The position numbers and the translations under genes were made by a program. DNA of 28,583 bases from Macrostomum lignano. Its lineage: Eukaryota. Position 1 is the stretch's first letter. Every line of letters begins with the position of its first letter. The stretch spans positions 1 through 28,583 of the forward strand of contig NIVC01004375.1 in NCBI GenBank assembly GCA_002269645.1, written 5' to 3'. Below, piece by piece: positions 23,262 through 28,583 of this stretch. Under the pieces are notes generated by a model that was not told the origin of the DNA, made no database searches, and saw only the letters and a list, made by a program, of their open reading frames with translations.

Positions 23262-23924
23262 GGCAGTGCTTATCCCCACGGTACCGTAGGAATAATTTCT
23301 GTCTTATTCCAACGGTACCGTGCAAATAATTTTCTGCTTATCCGCATGGCACACTGAGGAGATAGCTGCCCTATCTTCTACATATGCCATGGGAATAATT
23401 TTCTGCTTATCCGCACGGCACACTGACAAGATAGCTGCCTTATCTTCTATATATGCCGTGTGGGAAGTTTAGTACATACGATTTGAGTGCAGTATAACAA
23501 CTTTGTTGAATTATTGTTGAATAAGTATACAGAAGGGTATCAGTAAAGCAGAATAACACGCTTTTACACATGCATATACTAGTCTAGAACTTATTCGAGT
23601 TTTTACATCAAGATCAACAGCTTCTTAGTATCCTCAGTTCAAATTCCCTTTCAATAAGCTATAAACTATTCACGCACAGCATAGCATATATATGTAGCAG
23701 ATAGGGCAGCTAGTAAAGCAGAGGGAATAAAACAGAGGACGTGTAGGGCAACTATCTTGTCAGTGTGCCGTGCGGATAAGCAGAAAATTATTCGCACGGC
23801 ATATGTAGAAGATAGGGCAGCTATCTCCTCAGTGTGCCATGCGGATAAGCAGAAAATTATTCGCACGGTACCGTTGGGATAAGACAGAAATTATTCCTAC
23901 GGTACCGTGGGGATAAGCACTGCC
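23262..23924. mobile_element. Foldback-like Mutator (MULE) non-autonomous element, 663 bp
   Basis: Ends GGCAGTGCTTATCCCCACGG / CCGTGGGGATAAGCACTGCC; perfect 9-bp TSD attttatta (23253-23261 and 23925-23933); ~180-200 bp arms built from ~69-bp internal repeats. Confidence 0.93.
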
Positions 23925-24031
23925 ATTTTATTAAGTGATTATCAGCTTTTAAATTTTGTTAAAGCTAATTATCCTTTTGTAGAACCTGTTCAAACTTGTA
24001 TTATCAATAAAAAAATTTATTTACAGTCAGA

Positions 24032-24607
24032 CCAGGTTGCGGATGGTATGCATGTACGCCGGAACTTTTCCGGCGTACAAAACGGCCACCCTAAGTCCTT
24101 GGCGTACACAATTGGCGTACACAACCCCTAGCGCACTTTGTTGGCGTAGACTATTGGCGTACACAAGTAACACAGCCACATATACTTTTTTGGCGTTCAA
24201 ATTTTGGTGAATAAATTCATGCCATGCATGAAAATTGTAATGTAAATTAACATTTTTAAGTAAAGTAAAGGAAAATTAATATCGTCAGTGATAAAATTTT
24301 AGCTTCTTTTAAATTAATAATAAATAAAATTAGTGTAATTTTTTGCTAAGAGTATTAATTTTGCATCATCTTTTTTGTAGGTATAATTTAGCTTTGTTTA
24401 AATTGAAAATATTCGTAATATTTTAAAAACACTTTTCATACGAAAGCCTTTCTTAGAAAACTCTACTCGTGAAAACCGAATGACCTTTTTTAGGAATTTT
24501 TGGTGTACATTTTAGTGCAACTTTTTGTTTTTGGCGTACACTGGCGTACAAAGTCCTTGACGCCCGAATTTTTTCCGGCATACACGGGTACATGATCCGC
24601 ACACTGG
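24032..24607. mobile_element. MITE with CCAG...CTGG ends, 8-bp TSD and many TGGCGTACAC subterminal repeats (hAT-like)
   Basis: TSD cagtcaga at 24024-24031 and 24608-24615 (a 10-bp, one-mismatch reading is also possible); imperfect TIRs CCAGGTTGCGGAT / ATCCGCACACTGG. Confidence 0.85.
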
Positions 24608-24929
24608 CAGTCAGACAATCCTGAAGTTTCCGTTAAAAATGGTTTTATGCTTCTGGCCATCAAGGGCAAAGTGCGCAACCTTGACGCCTTTTTCAACTCA
24701 AATTGCCACATTAGCATCGTAAATCATCTAATAAGATTCAGAGAATCAGAATCAGAATAACTATCACTTAAAAAATACTGTTCAAGTGATGATTAGAATT
24801 AAAACTCTATTCTTACTGGATGTTAAAGTGTTATATAATAGGCTATCATCTTTGTTGATATGATAAAAGCCTACACCTATATCAATAAGTAATAACAAGA
24901 TATAATGAATATAATGTCAAGGAACTTAC

Positions 24930-25024
24930 ACAAATACAAAATATAATACAGTGAAGACAATCAGAATAGACCAAGCCACAACAGCTGGCACAGCTTTAGA
25001 TGAGCATTTACAGCAATTACACAT
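24930..25024 (-). CDS. ZDHHC8: ZDHHC5/8-like palmitoyltransferase, coding exon 1 (MCNCCKCSSKAVPAVVAWSILIVFTVLYFVF-V)
   Basis: ATG at 25022-25024, hydrophobic TM1 resembling the ZDHHC5/8 N-terminus (SK.VP...), donor GTAAGT at 24929 in phase 2 matching exon 2. Absent from the ORF track. Confidence 0.88.
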
Positions 25025-25095
25025 AATATTGAATAATTTATTAAAATAGAAATACGTCAATACAATTTTTTTCAAGTTTGTGCTGTGACGATTTC

Positions 25096-25603
25096 CTATC
25101 AAAAAATGATCGTCATTACTATGTAGATATAGTAATAGAATAAGGTCTTGCTTGCAGCTTTAAGATATGTAAAAACAAATAATTAATCAATTTGCTTTCG
25201 AGTAAAAATCATAGGCTTCTTCAACTGCAGTCGAACGCGGCGTAGGCCTAGCTAGCCGAATTCAGTGCAAAACACCGTCAACCCAATCGTCTCAAAGTTC
25301 TGTTTTCCTACGTATTTCCTGTTAACTGATTTTTATATTTTAAATAATAAAACTAAAAAAACCTATTTATTATAAGCTTTGTTAAAAATAGATAGTTAGG
25401 TCGCCTAAATTTATGAGTATCCTATTAGGCTGATTTAAATATTGTGACTTTGTTTTATCTATAACATCGTGACCTTAATTAGTACCGACAAATTTAGAGC
25501 TTTTAGGAAACAAATGCTAATATTAGCTTACTTATTTATTTTCTAAATAACCACTTTGCACAAGAACCGAGCTTCGTTAAAATTCTGTAGGTCTGTTGCT
25601 TAC
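25096..25603 (-). other. Candidate 5'UTR intron of ZDHHC
   Basis: Strong donor CG|GTAAGC at 25603 and acceptor ttttttgatAG at 25096-25097, upstream of the ATG; no transcript evidence. Confidence 0.35.
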
Positions 25604-26145
25604 CGCTGGCCACCTGCTGCTTTTAAAAAGTGTTAAAAACCGGAAATACATGTACGCGTATTATATCGTTTTAAGCCGTCAGCTGATCTCAACTTTACAA
25701 GAACTGTGTAATGCGGTCGTGGTGTAAGATGAGACGAAGGTGTAAAAAGAGAGAGACCATACACTGAACAGCTTGTTAAGCAAATCACAGACGTGCTGCA
25801 GAAGACTTGAAAAGTTTGGCCTTTAAGCATAAAGCTAGCCTTCAAGTTAAACTTTAATATTTAGTTTTTTCCTTTTGATAGTTAATAATAGGCCGACTCT
25901 ATACTACTATAGAACTGCATTAGCCATTCTTCAGTTCAAAAATTTCCTTCGGTGTGTAGGACCTTACTTGAAATTTTCTATTGTAGGTCTCTGTTCTGTA
26001 GTAGTAGTGGGCCTAGTACTTTCTGCTAGACCTACACTTCAACTTTAATAGTTAATATAATTGATTGACTAATTCAGATCAAGTCTGATCTACTTCAATT
26101 CTGAATTTTTATCTCAACTACTACGCATATCCGCCTGTTTTAACA
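25604..26145. promoter_or_regulatory. Putative bidirectional promoter region between ZDHHC (-) and ARL8 (+)
   Basis: Start codons diverge 1.1 kb apart; locally CpG-richer; ETS-like CCGGAAAT at 25640-25647. Inferred from geometry. Confidence 0.5.
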
Positions 26146-26268
26146 ATGTTTGCACTTGTTCAGAGAATTCTAGACTGGATTAAAAGTTTGTTTTGGAAAG
26201 AAGAAATGGAACTTACTCTTGTTGGCTTGCAAAATTCAGGAAAAACAACATTTGTGAATGTTATTGCT
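26146..26268 (+). CDS. ARL8: ADP-ribosylation factor-like GTPase 8, coding exon 1
   Basis: [41 protein letters not shown] (amphipathic N-helix, P-loop GLQNSGKT); donor GTAAGT at 26269. Confidence 0.97.
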
Positions 26269-26900
26269 GTAAGTCAAATCTTTCTTATATTTGATGCCCC
26301 CCCCATTGTTTGGAAGGCAACATGTATGCCAGGATTTCCCGGCAAAAAACAAGGGTACTTACCATTTTTAGCATATATGAAAGGTATATCCTAGCATATA
26401 TGACAGTAATATTAAATATATTGTGTCAATGGAAATTTTTTTGTATTGGTACACAAACCTGGCATACAAATGAGGTCTCATCATTTTTCTGGCCTAAAAC
26501 TTGGCATATACTAATACATAATCCAAAGTATAGACAACTCCTTGACTAAGCCCCTAGGCCTAGTATATAAAAGCTATAATAAATATTGTTTAGGAATAAT
26601 TTATTCAAGGCAGCTTTTATTTTAGTTTTGGCCTAGTTTAAAATATAGGCCTACATTTAATTGTTTTTAATTGATTTTTTGTTATTATTTGATTAGATAT
26701 ATACTTTTGTATTTATTATTTATATATAATATAGTTCCATGCTTTGGTAAGTTATTGGTAAACCTAAAATGTTTAGCATATTAGTAAATAATTTAACTAG
26801 TTTGATCTACCATTTTGGTATACCACCTTAAGCTCAAGTAAATTTTTAGGGCATTCTTTTTTCGTTTTACTATCCCCTTACATTTGTCTTACAGAACATG

Positions 26901-27727
26901 TCACTTTCGTTATACAATCCCCTATGTAAAAGATAGGAGTCTTGTTTGCATTTCAGTGGAGTATATTTGAAGCATGATGACCCTAATTAATTATAAGCCA
27001 GAATTCTTGGCAAGAGTAAGGATGTCTCTATATTCACTTTCGTTATATGATCATTCAAATAGATAAAATGTATGGAAAAGGATCGGATAACAAAGCTTGG
27101 GCTTTTCATCAATTTGTAATACAATGCCCCAAGTTTAAAATTTGTTTGCAGGGGATTGTGTACCATGTCTAAACCCTTGTCTAGGCTACCTGATAGAGAT
27201 TCCACAAAAGTAAGTTGTGATTTTTTGGCGTCCCTCCCTTTTCTTTTTTAAACAGTGTTTTTAGACAGTGTGAAACAATGTATGTACTGTAAAGGGATTG
27301 CAAAACAAAAGTGAGGGGGAGGGGGGTCAGGTGTGGAATTATTAGATATTGTATGAACTATATTTACTTCATCTATAAGTGCAATACCTTGATTTCATTT
27401 TTGATATGCGATCCCTTGCAAACAAATTTTTGACTTGGGGGATTGTATTACAAAATAGATGAAAAGCCCAAATTTCATTATCCGATCCCTTTGTATACAT
27501 TTCCTCCATTTAAATGACCGTATAACAAAAGTGAATATAGAGACTTCTCTCTCTTGCCAAGAATCTTGTCGTGGCTTTGTTTGATTGCCTCATTTTGGTT
27601 GAACTCCACTTCAAATAGACATCAGTTGAAATTGCCTTAATGTAGTGCCTTTGACTCATGGATACTGTTTCGTCTGGTTTCTATTCTTTGACTGCATCTT
27701 TTACATGGGGATCATATAATGAAAGTG
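26901..27727. mobile_element. Old non-autonomous DNA-transposon-like element with long diverged inverted arms, in ARL8 intron 1
   Basis: ~27002-27155 is inversely similar to ~27412-27566 (roughly 80% by eye) and ~26901-26940 to ~27688-27727; TSD not resolved. Confidence 0.6.
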
Positions 27728-28357
27728 CCTAGGAATGGGGATCATAAAATGAAAGAATTCCATTTTTAGCATAGGCCTACCAACTTATGCTTACCAAAAC
27801 TTTAAAACTTTGCCTTTGCTAAATATAGAAGGCAAATGTTGCAATAGTTACACACACCTATTCTTTTTAAAAGTTCATATGCTATTTAAGAGTTTTTAAA
27901 AACTTCATTTTTATGGATAATACTACTATAGTCAATCAATACTGATAATACTACTGATACTTTTATAAATATGAACTTTAAATAATAGTTTTTTATTAAA
28001 TATATATATATATAGTTATATAGATTGCTTGTCAAATATGCAAGTATTCAAACAAACTTTGATCCTAGGTGGTATAACTGCAAAGGATTATAGAAATAGC
28101 CTTATTTTGTTTTATGTTATCATTGTTATATATCTTGGTTATTTCTAGACTTGTTTTGTTGCCAGATAGAGAGGCTTGGTAGGCCACATGTGGCCTTGTG
28201 TATGCCAAGCTGGCATCAGTCAATCAAGCTGACCATTGAAGTTGTAGAAAATAGGACTCTAAAACCTAGGCCATTCAAAAGGGGGGTGTCTACCATTCAA
28301 TGTTGTTCCAACAAGGCCAGATAATAATATCGATTTCCTTACACCATTGCTACACAG

Positions 28358-28583
28358 TCTGGCCAATTCACGGAGGACATGATACCAACTGTTGGGTTCA
28401 ACATGCGCAAAATCACCAAAGGCAGCGTCACCATCAAGCTGTGGGATATTGGTGGCCAGCCTCGCTTTCGCAGCATGTGGGAGCGCTACTGCCGCGGCGT
28501 CAACGCCATTGTCACATGGTGGACGCCGCTGATAGGGATAAGTTGGAAGCGGCCAGAAATGAGCTGCATAATCTGTTGGACAA
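28358..28583 (+). CDS. ARL8: ARL8 coding exon 2 (partial; runs off the window; apparent 1-nt deletion at 28513/28514)
   Basis: Acceptor tacacAG at 28356-28357; [52 protein letters not shown], then after a frame change (Y)[22 protein letters not shown]. Confidence 0.93.

Larger units (their letters stand above)
22606..24760 (+). pseudogene. Relic ORF with N-terminal C2H2 zinc fingers, probably a CMC/EnSpm-type transposase N-terminus, split by two MITEs
   Basis: CPIQNC-x12-HLLRFH is a canonical C2H2 finger, preceded by a degenerate one (FPCKYGKTF). After a 1-nt shift at ~23113 and removal of both MITEs with one TSD each, the frame reads ...FDILL|SDYQLLNFVKANYPFVEPVQ...YLQSD|NPEVSVKNGFMLLAIK... 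with a single internal stop (23172). Family assignment is tentative. Confidence 0.55.

Noticed and set aside
26269-26394. C-terminal half of the 82-aa ORF at 26146
   Set aside because: Intron read-through; ARL8 similarity stops exactly at the GTAAGT donor.

Overview
Eukaryotic genomic DNA, most likely from an invertebrate animal (inferred from gene sequences, GT-AG introns and AT-rich introns; species not determinable). Two host genes are recognisable. (1) A complete five-coding-exon DHHC palmitoyltransferase of the ZDHHC5/8 type on the minus strand, CDS join(24930..25024, 12267..12509, 11061..11373, 10349..10714, 8796..9272), 497 aa. (2) The 5' part of an ARL8 small GTPase gene on the plus strand (exon 26146..26268; exon from 28358 running off the window), head-to-head with ZDHHC, with an apparent 1-nt deletion at 28513/28514. 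The left ~12.5 kb holds eight unrelated tandem arrays (4, 20, 32, 10, 21/42, 40, 28 and 28 bp units); three of them fill ZDHHC introns 2-4. The 12.4-kb ZDHHC intron 1 is a nest of DNA transposons. An IS630/Tc1-like element (327-bp TIRs, TA TSD, dead transposase with DD32E spacing) sits inside a NOF/Mutator-like transposase relic. A C2H2-finger, probably CMC/EnSpm-type, relic is split by a foldback-like Mutator MITE (9-bp TSD) and a second MITE (8-bp TSD). Two further MITEs lie nearby. All alignments and counts were done by eye; family names come from motif recognition, not database searches.
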